Shown in pieces: positions 1 to 13,225 of a stretch of 64,000 nt of DNA. Numbering within the stretch: the stretch's first letter is position 1; each line of letters opens with the position of its first letter. The notes under the pieces were generated by a model, which did not search any database, was not told the origin of the DNA, and saw only the letters and a list, made by a program, of their open reading frames with translations. The translations under genes and the position numbers were made by a program. Source of the DNA: Dictyostelium discoideum (taxonomy: Eukaryota); the NCBI GenBank assembly GCA_000004695.1, contig CM000151.3:2816001-2880000 (forward strand). Direction: 5' to 3'.

Positions 1-272
1 TACAATATGATAACGATGATGATGAAGATGAAGAAGAGGATGATGAAGAACAAAATGAAGAGGATAATGATGAAGAAGGAACTAATATCCCTACATCAGA
101 ATATGAAGATTTAGATACAAGTTCAGCTAGTGTCATTTCAAATATCAATAGGAGAGACAGGTTTAAAAATAATAATATTAATAATAATAACCAATTTGTA
201 AATAGTAACAATAATAACAATAAATATAATACTACTAATAGTAATAATAGTATAGTTGGTAGTAGTAGATAT

Positions 273-355
<83 letters not shown>

Positions 356-1260
356 TAATAACTATATTTTAAATAGAAGTTATTCAACAAATAAGATTTA
401 TAATTTCTATCAAGATGAAGAGGAAGAGGAAGAGGATGATGATAGTAATATTGATGATCAAGATGAAGATGAAGAAGAAGAAGATAGTGAAGAAGAATCA
501 TCGTTATCCTCTTCGGATTTACAAGATTTGGATTCAAGTGGGGATCAGTCATCATTAGAATTTTCATTTTCAAAATATACAAATAATTATTATAGTAACA
601 ACAATAATAATTACAATAGTGGTGGTGGTGGTGGTGTTGGTGGTGCTGGTGATAATAATAAAATTGAATGTATTAGAAGGGATTTTAATAATTTATTAAA
701 GAGAATCAATTTTACAAATAGTCAATTAACAAATTTAAAACCTGGTGTACCAAAAGATGGTGATTTATTAAATGATGATGAAAATGATAAAAAATGTAAT
801 ATTCCATTAAATGAAGATGAAGAGGAAGATGAAGATGAGGAAGATGATGTTAATAAAAATAAAACAACTTCAACTACAACTACAACCACTACCGCCACTA
901 CAACAAATGAGGTTGTCACAATAAATCCAAATACCATTTCAAATAATAGCCAAGATGAAGAGGAGGTAAAGAGTGATATCGTTAAGTTATTAGAAAATGG
1001 TATTGCAAATATGTTAAATAATAGTAATAGTAGTAATAGAAGTTCAAACAATCTAAAACAACAACAACAACAACAACAACAACTACAGAAAGATGATCAA
1101 AAACAAAAAGATGAACAACAAAATAAATCAAATACTGGTTGTGATATTGATCAATTAAACATCTTATCAAAATTATCAATCAAAGAAAGCTGTGATAGTA
1201 TTAAAAATAATGATAATGATAGTTTAGGAAATAGTACTAATAATAACAATAATAATAATC

Positions 1261-1329
<69 letters not shown>

Positions 1330-2467
1330 GTAATAATAATAATCTTCAATCATTTTTACAATCAAATGAAAATACAGAAAATGAAACCGATTTCAATGAT
1401 AATAATACAAATCCAGAAACAAACACAGAGACTGAAAATGAATATTTAACAAGTTCAAATATGAACTTGGATGGCGGTGAAAGCGAATTCGATAGTAATA
1501 AAAGCTACGAAGGTAGTAGTACCGATGAAAATTTTAATTCAGATGAAGATTACCAGGATGAAGATAATTTCAACCAAGATGCAACTGGTAGCGAGAGTGC
1601 TAATAATGATGATTATTTGGATGATAATGAAAGAGAAGGCTCAGATTCAATTGAAAATTATGATGAGGATATTGAAAAAGTATTAACCTCTCATAATATC
1701 ATAACTACTCCTTCTATACCACCATCTCAACAACCACAACCTCAACTTCAAACTCAACCTCAAACACAACCACAATCTCAACCTCAATCTCAACCTCAAC
1801 TTCAACCTCAATCTCAACCCCAACCCCAAACTCAACCTCAACTTCAACCTCAACTTCAACCTCAACTTCAACCTCAACTTCAACCTCAACTTCAACCTCA
1901 ACTTCAACCTCAACTTCAACCTCAAACTCAACCACAACAACAAAAGAAATATGATGACTTAAGTGAAAATCAAATTCAAACCGAAAATAGAAACAAAAAG
2001 ATAAAAGAAGAAATAAATAATAAAACCAATAACGACAATAATAATGAATTGGGTAAAAGTAGTAAGAGTAATACGAGTAGCAGCAGCAGTAGCAGTAGTA
2101 GTAGTAGCAGTAGTTATAGCGAAAGTGAAAGTAGTGAAAGTGATTCAAATAATGAATATGATAATGAAGATGAAGATGATATTGTTAATCAAGTTTCAAA
2201 TTTTAATTTCAATTTCAATGATGCATCCAACTTTAAGAACTTTTCATTTAGACCAAAATTCCCTTCAGATGAAAATGATAATGATGACAATGATGATGAC
2301 TATGAAATTAATATAGATTTAAAAAATATACAAAAGATTTCTCCAATTTTAAGAGCAATAGAGAATGGTGAAAGCAATATCAATCACTATCAATCTCCAG
2401 TTTCATTATCTTCTTCTTCCTCTGTTAGTAGTTTTAGTGGTAGTGGTAATAGTGTTCCAATAACAGC

Positions 2468-2502
<35 letters not shown>

Positions 2503-2645
2503 CCACTACAACTACTGATGACGATAGTGGGATTAATATGCCTATATCACCTTTATCAGCTTCACCACCATCACCACCACCTCAAAATGAACCTCAAATA
2601 AATAATGAAACAAATGACAACGATGTAAAACTACCCCAAATATAA
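1..2645 (+). CDS. 5'-truncated gene (reading frame open from base 3 to the stop at 2643-2645) encoding a low-complexity Asn/Gln/Thr/Ser-rich hypothetical protein with (PQ[LTS]Q)n repeats
   Basis: Frame 3 is open from the window edge. The track ORF 528..2645 merely starts at an in-frame TTG. Translation runs QYDNDDDEDEEEDDEEQNEE...NNNN... with no stop before 2645. Dictyostelium-type codon usage (AAT/CAA/GAT rich). No recognisable domain. Confidence 0.55.
279..353 (+). repeat. (AAT)25 microsatellite encoding poly-Asn
   Basis: Perfect AAT trinucleotide run inside the 5' gene. The reverse-strand 'poly-Tyr' track ORF 274..582 is its shadow. Confidence 0.95.
1794..1935 (+). repeat. Tandem 12-nt (CAACCTCAACTT)n coding repeat giving (PQLQ)n
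   Basis: About 11 near-identical units 'caacctcaacttcaacctcaactt'. Confidence 0.9.
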
Positions 2646-2822
2646 TCAAAACAAAATCAAAACCACACACATACATATATATATTTATTTCTTTTTTTTT
2701 CTTGTTTCTTTTTTTTTTTTTTATTCATTTAAAAAAACAAATAAAAAAAAAATAATAATTGTAAAAAATAAAACTTTGTCTTCTACTATAATAATACATT
2801 TTTTTTTTTATTTAAATTTATT

Positions 2823-5201
2823 TTAATTTATCTTTTTTCTTATTTGTTCATTATTAACAGTTATTGTTGTTACAGTAGATTTTACATATTTTGTAATATC
2901 AGAAATAGCTTTTTCATTTAAAGTTGTTATACCAAATGATAGATTTGTTACTGATGATGGAAGATTTGATAAACTTTCAATATTAGTAAAATTTGAACCA
3001 AGTGTTAACGATGTTACATTTGATGAAATACCATTTTTTAATAATTCAATATTAAAATTATAAAGATTTAAATTTGTTAACGATTGAGAATATGGAATGG
3101 GGTCTGTAACTCTAAATTTTAATCCACTTCTAAATGATAGAACTGAATGTAACAAATGACCTGGATAAACATAATATTCATCACCCAAATCCAAATATTT
3201 AACTGATGAAGGTATTGATTCAATAACTGAAAAAAGTTTATTGAAAACTAGGTGAATTACAGATGGTGGAATAGATTCACCCCTAATTGGATGATTAAAT
3301 GATGGTAATATTAAAAATTTAATTCCGCTTGGTAATAATTTTGGTGTTAATGGCTGGTTATACATTGGTAACTTTAAGTATTCAACAGTTTCAGGAATTG
3401 GTAAAGTTTCAAATGATTGATTAAATGTTGAAAGTTCTAAATATTTTAAACCAAAAAATAATGATTCTCTAGTAATCTTTGAATTTAAAATTAAAGTTAA
3501 TTTTGAATCAAATTCATTTTGAGAACAGGACATATAGTTTTGATTATTTTCATTATTAATTTTAATTGGTTTGTTAATTTGTTGTATTTCACCTTGTTGA
3601 ATTAATTTTGAAACACCACTTGGAATGGAACCTTCGCTAAATGGTGCAGAAGCCAATGGTAACTCTAATGTTGAAATATAATATGGTATCACTCCCCATT
3701 GAAGTGGTTGTTTATATGAGGCTAATGATAATTCAACTAAACTACATGGTAAAGCACCCCATTCTATTGGCTGATTAAAAGATTGTAATTTTAAAATTGT
3801 TACAGTTTTTGGAATAATGTCTGTTGTTAATGGTTGGTTAAATGATGATAATAATAATGTTCTAACCCCTTTAGGAATTGAACCTTGAGTAAGTGTTTTG
3901 TTATAAGATGGTAACTTTAAAGTACGAACACTAGTTGGAATTACACCTGGTAAAATGGTTTGATTAAATGAAGCCAATTCCAATGTATGAATACTTTCAG
4001 GAATTACACCAACATTTAATTGTCTATGAAATGAAGATAAAGATAAATAATAAACACCATATGTAAATGTTTTTTTACAAATTGGTTGATTAAATAATGG
4101 TAAAATTAAACCATCAGAATTGTTTTGAATTCCAATATAAATTAAACCATCATTTGGTTCACCAATTAAAGTTGAATATTTTGGTAAACTTGTTGTAATC
4201 TTAAAATAATAATAATATTGAAATAATTTAAATTAGAATAATATTTTAGAAAAAAAAAAAATAAACTTTAAAAAAAAATTAAAAATTTACCTTATTGGAA
4301 ATTATATCAGTTAGAATTTGATTATTAATATTTTTAGAAAGTAATTGTGAAATTACTTTTTTAAATTTTTCAACTAAATGATTTGGAATTTTTGAAAATA
4401 AAAAATCAATATTTTCATCTTTTGTACAGTCACAACCCAACATTTGAATTAAAACACAACCCAAATTAAACATATCCAAATGGATTGAATCTTCGTAACC
4501 AATGTTTAAGGAGAAATTAATAAATTTAACACTAAATCCATATTCACTTTCATCATTAACCAATAATATATTTTCACCTTTTATATTACCATGAACGATT
4601 TTATTATCTTTGTGAATACAATTTAATGATTCTACCAATTTACATGTTACCAATTCAATAATTGTATTTGAAACATTATTAAAATTATCTATTGAACTAT
4701 CATTTGGAATTAATTTAACTTTTGAAATTGGTATTGAATATTCTATAAATTCCAAATAAATATAAACATCTTGATTATTATCTTTACCACACCCATAATA
4801 TTTTAAAACATATTTATTATCTCTTAATTTAATATGATTTAAAATTTCATTTTCATTCTTTTTTTTTATTTTTATTAAAAAAATAATTAGTAAATTATAT
4901 TTGATATAAAAAAAAAAAAAGAAAAAAAAAAAAATTATTTGTTAAATTATAATTGAAATAAAAAAATACTTACAAAATATTGAGATTTAATTTTTTTAAC
5001 AGTACATAAACCAAAACGATTATTTGTAAAATTTGGACCTTTTAATTTTTTTGACATATAGACAGTGAATTGTTCGTTAGATTCTAATTGGGTTATAATC
5101 TCCCATTCTTTTTCAATATGATTTTGAAATTCAATTTTTTTTTGGTTTGTAAATTTTATATGAGTATTTATTTGATCAAAAGTTGTAGATATAATATCCA
5201 T
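2823..5201 (-). CDS. FNIP-repeat protein with N-terminal degenerate protein-kinase domain (fnk-family-like pseudokinase); 3 exons: 4974..5201, 4291..4857, 2823..4199
   Basis: Exon 1 (MDIISTTFDQ...GLCTVKKIKSQYF) ends at a GTAAGT donor. Exon 2 carries a kinase-like core: VAIK-like TVKK, 'HKDNKIVHGNIKGENILL' in place of HRDLKPENIL, no DFG, and 'DMFNLGCVL'. Exon 3 is about 20 FNIP repeats ('SFNQPL...GxIP'). Introns 4858..4973 and 4200..4290 are AT-rich GT..AG, and the reading frame is maintained across them. Total about 723 aa. Confidence 0.75.
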
Positions 5202-5433
5202 TGTTGTTTTATTATTATAATTATGAATATTTTTAATTATAAATTATTAAATTTTTTTTTTTTTTTTTTGATTTTATTTTATTTAAATACTTAAAAATAG
5301 AATCAAAATCAAAAATAAAAATAAAAATAAATAATTAATAATAAAAATAAAAATAACAAACAAGCCCCACAATTTTGTAAATCGAACCACTCATTTCAAA
5401 ATTGTAAATTGGATTTTATTTTATTTTATTTTA

Positions 5434-5466
<33 letters not shown>

Positions 5467-5758
5467 CTAAAAATATCGCATCGTGTTAAGATTAACCTCC
5501 TAAACACAAAATAAATGAAATTTTTAATTAAAAAAAAAAAAAATAAAAAAAATAAAAAATAAAAATAAAAATAAAAACCCATTGATTACAAAACCATCAA
5601 ACAATTCTTTCTAATAATTAAAAGGGTATTTTTTTTTTTTTTTTTTTATATTTTTTATTTTCATTTTTTTTATCAAAATCCCAAACTACAATCACTTCTT
5701 ATAAAAATACAGCATATGTACCCCAATAATACAATCGGTAGAATTGTGTTCATTTCCA

Positions 5759-5790
<32 letters not shown>

Positions 5791-5905
5791 TTATTTATTA
5801 TTTTATTATATTTTATTTTTTTATTTTTTTTATTTTTATTTATTATTTGTAAACTAAACATACAAAACAAAACAAAACAAAACAAAAAAATTGGTTTAGG
5901 TTGAA

Positions 5906-5937
<32 letters not shown>

Positions 5938-5994
5938 TGGTATTTGGATAAATCTTGTTTGTCTTTTTTTTTGACAATTTTTAAAAAACTTTAT

Positions 5995-7882
5995 TTATTT
6001 TTTACTACCTTGTGGAGAATTACCTGGCCAATTATAACCTAAGGATCTAATGAAACCAAATTTCTTTGATAATTCATCAGCAGATTTTGGACCACGTGAA
6101 CCAAAGGAATATGGTTCAGGTTTAATCTTTTCTTTTTCAATTTGATCGAGTAATGGTGTAAATATTTGCCATGCAACATCTAATTCATCATCTCTGACGA
6201 AAAGGTTATGATCACCTTTAATTGAATCAAGAATTAAACGTTCATATGCATCTGGTAAATCAAGATTTTCAAATCTATGACGATATGATAAATCTAATTC
6301 AGTTTGTTCAATTTTCTATTATAATAATAATAAAAAAAAAAAATATATTAATATTAAATTTTTGGTGATAATTAATAATAATAATAATGAATTAATTAAA
6401 ATACAAACATTTTCTAAACCTGGTTTCTTTGATAATAATTTTAAGTAAACAGCTTCACCTGGTTGAATTCTCATAACTAATTCATTTCTTGAGATATCAT
6501 CATCAGAGAATAAAAAGTTATCTGGACGTTTGAATTGAATTCTAACTTCAGTTTTTCTTTCATCTAAAGCTTTACCACATTTTAAGATGAATGGCATACC
6601 TCTCCATCTTGGATTATTGATATGGAAAACAGCGGCAGCATAGGTTGGAGTGGTTGAATCCTTTGGAACACCTTCATCATCTAAATAGGCTGGAATTTTA
6701 CCTTCAGGATCGGAAGTATATTGACCGAGTACAACTTCACTCATTTTAATTGGTTGAATACAACGAAGTAATTTAACCTTTTCATTGGTGATATCATCGG
6801 CATTCAATGACACTGGTGGCTCCATTGCAACCAAAGAGAGTACTTGAAGCAAATGATTTTGCATTACATCTCTAATGATACCAAATTGATCGAAATAACC
6901 ACCTCTACCCTCGGTACCAATGTCTTCTTTGAATGTGATGGTGATTGAAGAGATATGTGATTTTGACCATAATGGCTCGAATACTGCATTGGCGAATCTT
7001 AATACCATTAAATTTTGTACCATCTCTTTACCCAAATAATGATCGATACGGAATAAATCTTTCTCTTTGAAAAGTTTACCCAATTCACTAACCAACTCTC
7101 TTGAGGATGCTAAATCACGTCCAAATGGTTTCTCAACGATAACTCTTGACCAACCATTCTTTGAGATCAATGAACCATGAATACCAATACTAACTTCAAT
7201 GAAAATTGATGGTGGAATTGCCATATAGAATAAACGATTGAATTTATCAACACCTTGTTGTTTCTTTTCTTCTGCTAAAATTAATTTTTCAAATTCATCA
7301 TAGGATGCTTTTTCATCATATTTACCTGAATGATAATGTAATAAATTTAAAAATTGTTTTTTCTTTTCTTCATCACCTTTTAATCTATAAATTTATATTT
7401 TTTTTTTTAATAAATTTAAAACAAAGAAATGTTAATAAATGTTATTTTGAAAAAAAAAAAAAAAATTGTTCCGAAGGTCAAAAAAAAAAAAAAAACTCCG
7501 AAAACTAAAAATAATAATTTTCAGCGTAAAGTCAAAAGTGAAAATCTCGTGTATGGCTTGTCCCAAAAAAAAAAAAAAATAAAAAATATTTTGAAACAAA
7601 CACGCTTGAATAATAATAATGATAGTGGTTGTCATTATTAATTTAATGAGGTGATTTGAAAATATAATTATTAAATATGGTTTACCCTTTTGAGATTCTA
7701 GCTTTGAAATCACCAATTTCAATATGTGATCTAGCATAACCATAAATGATTGTGTTGCTTGGTAACAAATCTCTAAGATATAAACCAAAGAGTGCTGGAT
7801 AGGTCTTTTTCTTTGCAAGATCACCTGATGCACCTAAAATAATTACTGTTAAAACTGAACGAGAGTCTGGTGTTGATGTCAT
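5995..7882 (-). CDS. g6pd: Glucose-6-phosphate 1-dehydrogenase (G6PD); 3 exons: 7686..7882, 6409..7384, 5995..6315
   Basis: N-terminal NADP-binding motif [13 protein letters not shown] and active-site signature [10 protein letters not shown]-terminus ...DAYERLILD...[15 protein letters not shown] aligns with human G6PD. Introns 7385..7685 and 6316..6408 have GT/AG borders with frame continuity (split Gly codon GG|A; ...LEN|KIEQ...). About 497 aa. Confidence 0.9.
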
Positions 7883-7985
7883 TTTATTATTATTGTTGAG
7901 GTTGTTGTTTTCTTTATTTATATTATTATTAAAATTTAAATAGTAATTATTTATAAAAAAGTTCCTAAGGAATAGTAATAAAAGG

Positions 7986-8027
<42 letters not shown>

Positions 8028-8369
8028 GAAAAAAGTGAAAAAAAAAAAGAGAAAGAGAAAGAAAAAGAAACAAATGAATATTAGTAATATTCAATATATT
8101 AGGTTTTTTTTTTTTTTTTTGTTTTTTTAAAAAAAAATAAATAAATAATAAATTTAATTGAATAATAAAAAAAATAAAATAAAAATAATTTATTACAATA
8201 TTAATACGGTAATTATTAATTTTCCAATGCTTTGCATGCAAAATAATACATACAAATATTAATAGATGTTTTTATGTTTTATTTGGGGGTGTGAGTATTG
8301 TTGTAATACTTAATAAATATGAAAAAATAAATAAATAAAAAAATAAAAAATAAAAAATAAAATATGAAT

Positions 8370-8407
<38 letters not shown>

Positions 8408-8668
8408 CAGTGTTCACTCCTTAATTAAAAAAATATTAATTCAAAAAAAATAAAATTTTTTATTTTTTTTTTAATTTTTTTTTTTTATAAAAACACATCC
8501 GAAACAGATTCTTTTTTGTGAAGGCTTTTATAATTCCCGAATTGATTGGTTGGAATCTATTTATCTGCAACTCTCAAATTATTTTCATTGACTTTCAAAA
8601 TTAAATTAATTAAGTCCTTGATTTTTTTATTTTTTTTATTTATTGTTAGAAAAATAAAAAAAAAGTAG

Positions 8669-8703
<35 letters not shown>

Positions 8704-10710
8704 TAAAAAAAAAAATAAACCATTACATAAAAACATTAAATTTAATCAATCAATTATCAAATCCTTTTTTTAATCAGGAAACCAAAAAAAAAAAAAAAAA
8801 AAAATAATAATAAAAAAAAAATCAAAAAAAAAAAAAAAAAAGTGGCAGAATTAAAAAAAGTAAAAAAAAAAAAGAAATTAAGTTTTTTTTTAACTATTTT
8901 CAGATATTTTTTTTTTTTTTTTAAGATAATGTTTAATTCGGTTCCGAAACACTTTTTTTTTTCATATGAGAATATTTTCAAAACTAAATGCATAATTTAT
9001 TATCAATTTTGACCAAATTTTTTCAAATTTTGTTTTTTATTTTTTTTGACACACTTTTTTTTTTTAATTTCTTTGAATTCTTAATTATTTAGGCAAAATT
9101 GAGATTTTTAATTGCAATTAAATGAATTCTATGATAAATTATTTAAAAAAAAACCCATAAAAAAAAAAAAAAAAAGAGTGACACCAATTTTTAATTGTAT
9201 AAAAACTCTTTGCCAAAAAAAAAAAAAATAATAAATCAAACCATCCAAAAGCAACATTAAAAAAGTATTTTAGTTTTTTTGAGCATTGGATGGGTGAAAA
9301 TTAAATAAAAAAAAAAAAAAAAACAATAATAAATCATCACAAACAGTTTTAGGAATTAATAGTATATATCTATTTATATATTAATTGGGAAGTTTAAAAA
9401 CCCCATATATTTTCAATTTCCTCACACACATAAGGTGTATATTTATGATGTAATATATAAATATATAATAAATTTTTATTACATATATATAATATAATTT
9501 TTAAATATTAATTTTATTTTTTTTATTTTATAGATTCAAATAAAACTATAAAGAAAGGAAAGAAGAACATTGATTCACTATTCATAAAATTTCAATTAAT
9601 ATCAAAGTTGGTATTGATTATGTTCTATGTAACACAAAATAAAAAATGATGCATTTACAATAGTAAAAGAACTAATTATTAACCTTATAGGTCAGGATAT
9701 TAACTTTATCATACCATAAGTGTGTGGTTATATAACAAAAACAAATTCAAAACAAAAATAAATAATAAAAAAAATAAAAAAAACAAAACTCTAACCAAAT
9801 TGTTTTTTTTTTCTCACTCTTGAAATATTTTGTTTTAACATTTAATATTTTTATTTTTTTTTATTTTTTTTATAATTATTTTTTTATTTTTTTTTTTATT
9901 TTTTTATTACTTTATATTATTTTTTTTATTTAAAGGGTATTTCAATTCATTAAAATCTTTTTTTTTTTTTTTTATGATAGCTTGAGATCTCTATATGAAA
10001 GATCTTTTAAACTAGTTAAAGATCTCGCTGCATGTTCAATTAAACAAAAATCAAAACCATGGTTTCGTGGTTGTGTGGTGATAACCGCTTTTACATAGTT
10101 AATATGGAACTTTCTAACGAGGATCATAACAATATTTTCCAAATGGCAATAGAAAAAATAATATTTATTGGAAAATTAAATTCTGACTGATTGGCTCTGT
10201 GTAAAAAAAAATAATTAAAAAAAAAAGGGTACAAAACATTTTAAAAATTAAATAAAATACTGTTTTTAATTTAAATAATAATAACTTTTTGTGGAAAACA
10301 AAAATCAAAACATTTTTTTTTTGACATTTTTTTTTTTACAAAAAATTTTTTAATAAAAAAAAAGATTTTGGTTGAAAGTTGCTTCAATTACTTTGTGGAA
10401 CTCACCCCCCAAGTATACTATTAAAAAAGAAAAAAAATCAACTCTAAAGAATAATTAAGTTATTTTTATTTGACTTTTTTTCTTTGACTTTTTTTTTTTT
10501 TTTTTTATTTTTATTTTTTATTTTTTATTTTTTAATTTTTTATTAATTTTTTTAATTGTATCTGAAAGGCCTTTTAATATTTAAGTTGAAATAAGAAAAA
10601 ATCAATAAAGTTTTTTAACGGTTTTTTTAAAAAACTACAAATAAAAATAATAATTAGATTGTTTGGTAATTAAAATGAATATTTATTTATATATATTAAT
10701 TTTTTTTTTA

Positions 10711-11124
10711 TTAATTTTTTTCATTATTTTTTCTTTGAAAAATCAGAAAAAAAGTGGAAAAAATTGAAAAAGTTGAACTTGGAGCGTACTTTCTAAGGGT
10801 TTGGTGACCATTCAAATCTTCCAAAATAGTTTTACGAAATTCTCTATAGGATAGGCTATATTTGTTATAATTTTTGTGAACCACAAAGCTATTTATGATA
10901 TAACATTCTATGATATACCAAAACAGTGTTAAATACCACTTTTTATTATGACCCGAATAAAATTCTTTTTTATTCTTTGGCGGTCGCAAGCACCCATGTT
11001 CATACGATAAACGATAACTCACCAACACAATAGAAAGTTTAATAGGTTTTGAATTCATTCTTTCCATTGAATTTGATTTATAATCCTCATCTGTTGTTGG
11101 ATCTTTAATTGTTTGAACCACCAC
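10711..11124 (-). CDS. Hypothetical 137-aa ORF, no recognisable domain. It sits in a locally GC-richer patch and may be a gene fragment or a remnant
   Basis: Longest non-low-complexity ORF between G6PD and the paralog cluster. The ATG is MVVQTIKD... No convincing upstream exon was found. Confidence 0.25.
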   Translation of the reverse strand: MVVQTIKDPTTDEDYKSNSMERMNSKPIKLSIVLVSYRLSYEHGCLRPPKNKKEFYSGHNKKWYLTLFWYIIECYIINSFVVHKNYNKYSLSYREFRKTILEDLNGHQTLRKYAPSSTFSIFSTFFLIFQRKNNEKN

Positions 11125-11652
11125 ATTCTATAATAATAGTAAAACATCCTATTTCTTTCATTAATTAAACCATCTTCTTCTTCTTCTTCTTGAATTGAAT
11201 GAGATAATAAATCAAAGTGACCTTCATCGTCTTCATCCTATCAGAATTCATATTGTCAAAATTTGTTGAAATTTGTTGTTCAACTTTTTGTTTTTTTTTT
11301 TCCATTTCAAAATTTTTTTTATTAAATATATTGTTATTGAGGTGTAGGATAAGATATTACATTAAACTATACCGCAAAAAAAAAAAAAAAAATAATAAAA
11401 AAAAAAAAAAAAATTCTGCACATGTCCATATAATTTGTTTTTATTTATTTTTATTTTTAAAAAAAAAAAACCTTTTTATTGATTTTTTGAATTGAGCTTT
11501 TGAGGGTTAAAATAATCTTTTTTTTTTTTTTCTTAAAATTTTAAGCTCATCCTTTTTTAATTATTATTATTTTATTCTAAAAATAGATTTTTATTTTTTT
11601 TTTATTTTATTTTATTTTATTTTATTTTATTTTATTTTTTTAAAATATTTTT

Positions 11653-11683
<31 letters not shown>

Positions 11684-12003
11684 CTATTTTTATTCCATTT
11701 CCTATTTTAAAATTTCCGCTAATAATTCCTCCAATTGTAGGTAAATTGTTTGTAAATTGTATAAATGTTTTTTTTGAAGTAAGAACGTTTTTCATTTTTA
11801 AATTATATTGAAATAATTGTGTGAATAAAAAAAATTTTAAAAAAAAATTAACAAAAGAAATCAAAAAAAATAAAATAAAAAAAAAAAAAATTTAAAATAT
11901 TGTTAACAATATCAAAGCAATTTATCAATTTACATTTATGTTACACATCAACTTTATATTGACACGCCAAAAAAAAATCACCCCATTTTTTAACACACAC
12001 ACA

Positions 12004-12207
12004 AACACTAACACGCTGTATAACGAATATTATTATTATTATACACACAAAGTGAGCTCAGATGGGTATTTTATTTAATAAAATTTTTATGTTGACATAA
12101 TTTTTTATTATTTGAAAAATATATTTACTTATAACTTAGAATAAATTAATAATTTTCAATTGAAAATAAAGAATATTATAATATTCTTTTTACAGCGTGT
12201 TAGTGTT
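12004..12207 (+). repeat. Perfect 17-bp inverted repeat (aacactaacacgctgta / tacagcgtgttagtgtt) flanking an about 170-bp AT-rich segment that itself contains a 20-bp palindrome (12169..12188)
   Basis: 12004..12020 is the exact reverse complement of 12191..12207. MITE-like or a hairpin-forming promoter element about 220 bp upstream of gene 12429. Confidence 0.7.
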
Positions 12208-12391
12208 GTGCTATGATTGTGCATAAAAATAAAGTTTATATATATAATTTTTATTCCCCTGCAATTTTTTTTTTATTTATTTTTTTATTTAATATTATTT
12301 TTTTTAATTACTATTATTTTTTTTCTAATTACTATTATTTTTTTTTAAATAAACATCCTATTAAAATTAATTATTTAACACATATAATAAA

Positions 12392-12422
<31 letters not shown>

Positions 12423-12428
12423 TAAACA

Positions 12429-12557
12429 ATGGATGGATTTCCAGAAAACTTTCTTAATATAGTACTAGAAGATGTCTTACTAGACCTTTATCAAAACAAT
12501 CATCTATTTACTGATTGTATATATTATTTTAATTAATAAACTTTTATTATTATTATA

Positions 12558-12642
<85 letters not shown>

Positions 12643-13225
12643 TTATTAATAGTAAAATTTGAAAAAAATAGGTAATGAATTGTGGGATAATATTTTTAAT
12701 TTTACAATAACATTAGAAAATGAAATTAATAATAATAATAATATTAATAATAATGGAAATTACTCCCGAGAACTTATTATAACTTTAAAAACTTATACAT
12801 ATAATACACGTTACCATTTTCATAAATTTGTAAGAAGTAATAAGTGGTTTATTAAACGATTTAAAGAAATTAATGGGGTTTTTATAACATTAAATCACCA
12901 AGTAAATAATAATCAAATGTTACAAAATTTCGATCAGGTATTAAATGATATAAAAATCTTAAGAATATTACTAATAACCAAGCATTACGATCAATTATTA
13001 CTCAATACAAGTAGGTCAATAGAAACAGATGTAATTTTTACATTTGGTGAAATTCCATTCACATTTTTTGATGATGATCAAATCCATAATTGGAGGAATC
13101 AAAATTTAATTCGAATTTACAATAAATTCAAAGGATATGAAGAAATTGGCCTACGTTTAATGGAAATGGTGGATACTATTGCATACAAAATAATCAATTG
13201 TGAAGAACCAAATTTTCAGATTTAA
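12429..13225 (+). CDS. Small hypothetical protein, member 1 of a 3-gene lineage-specific paralog family; 2 exons: 12429..12516, 12672..13225
   Basis: Exon 1 is MDGFPENFLNIVLEDVLLDLYQNNHLFTD plus 1 nt, with a GTATAT donor. The intron ends ...aaaaaatag. Exon 2 completes a Cys codon (T|GT) and continues NELWDNIF...HNWRNQNLIRIYNKFKGYEEIGLRLMEMVDTIAYKII. Same architecture and C-terminal '(F/H)xWR(N/Q/D)Q' block as the genes at 13694 and 29293. Confidence 0.6.

Noticed and set aside
274-582. Reverse-strand 'poly-Tyr' ORF. Similar reverse or alternate-frame ORFs occur at 722..1179, 1683..2148, 36483..36734, 40188..40436, 40644..40838, 47242..47559, 63320..63676 and 63415..63678.
   Set aside because: They are shadows of (AAT)n/(CAA)n/(GAA)n coding microsatellites on the opposite strand or in another frame. 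They encode homopolymeric I/L/Y/V runs and overlap well-supported genes.
10055-10135. tRNA-like GC-rich stretch (ggtttcgtggttgtgtggtgataaccgc...).
   Set aside because: The 5' end resembles an acceptor/D-arm, but there is no anticodon stem complement, no T-loop (GGTTCGA) and no 3' acceptor complement on either strand.
11125-11230. Possible upstream exon (MNSDRMKTMK...) for the 137-aa ORF at 10711..11124.
   Set aside because: All three frames hit stops before any sensible donor site. No phase-consistent join was found.
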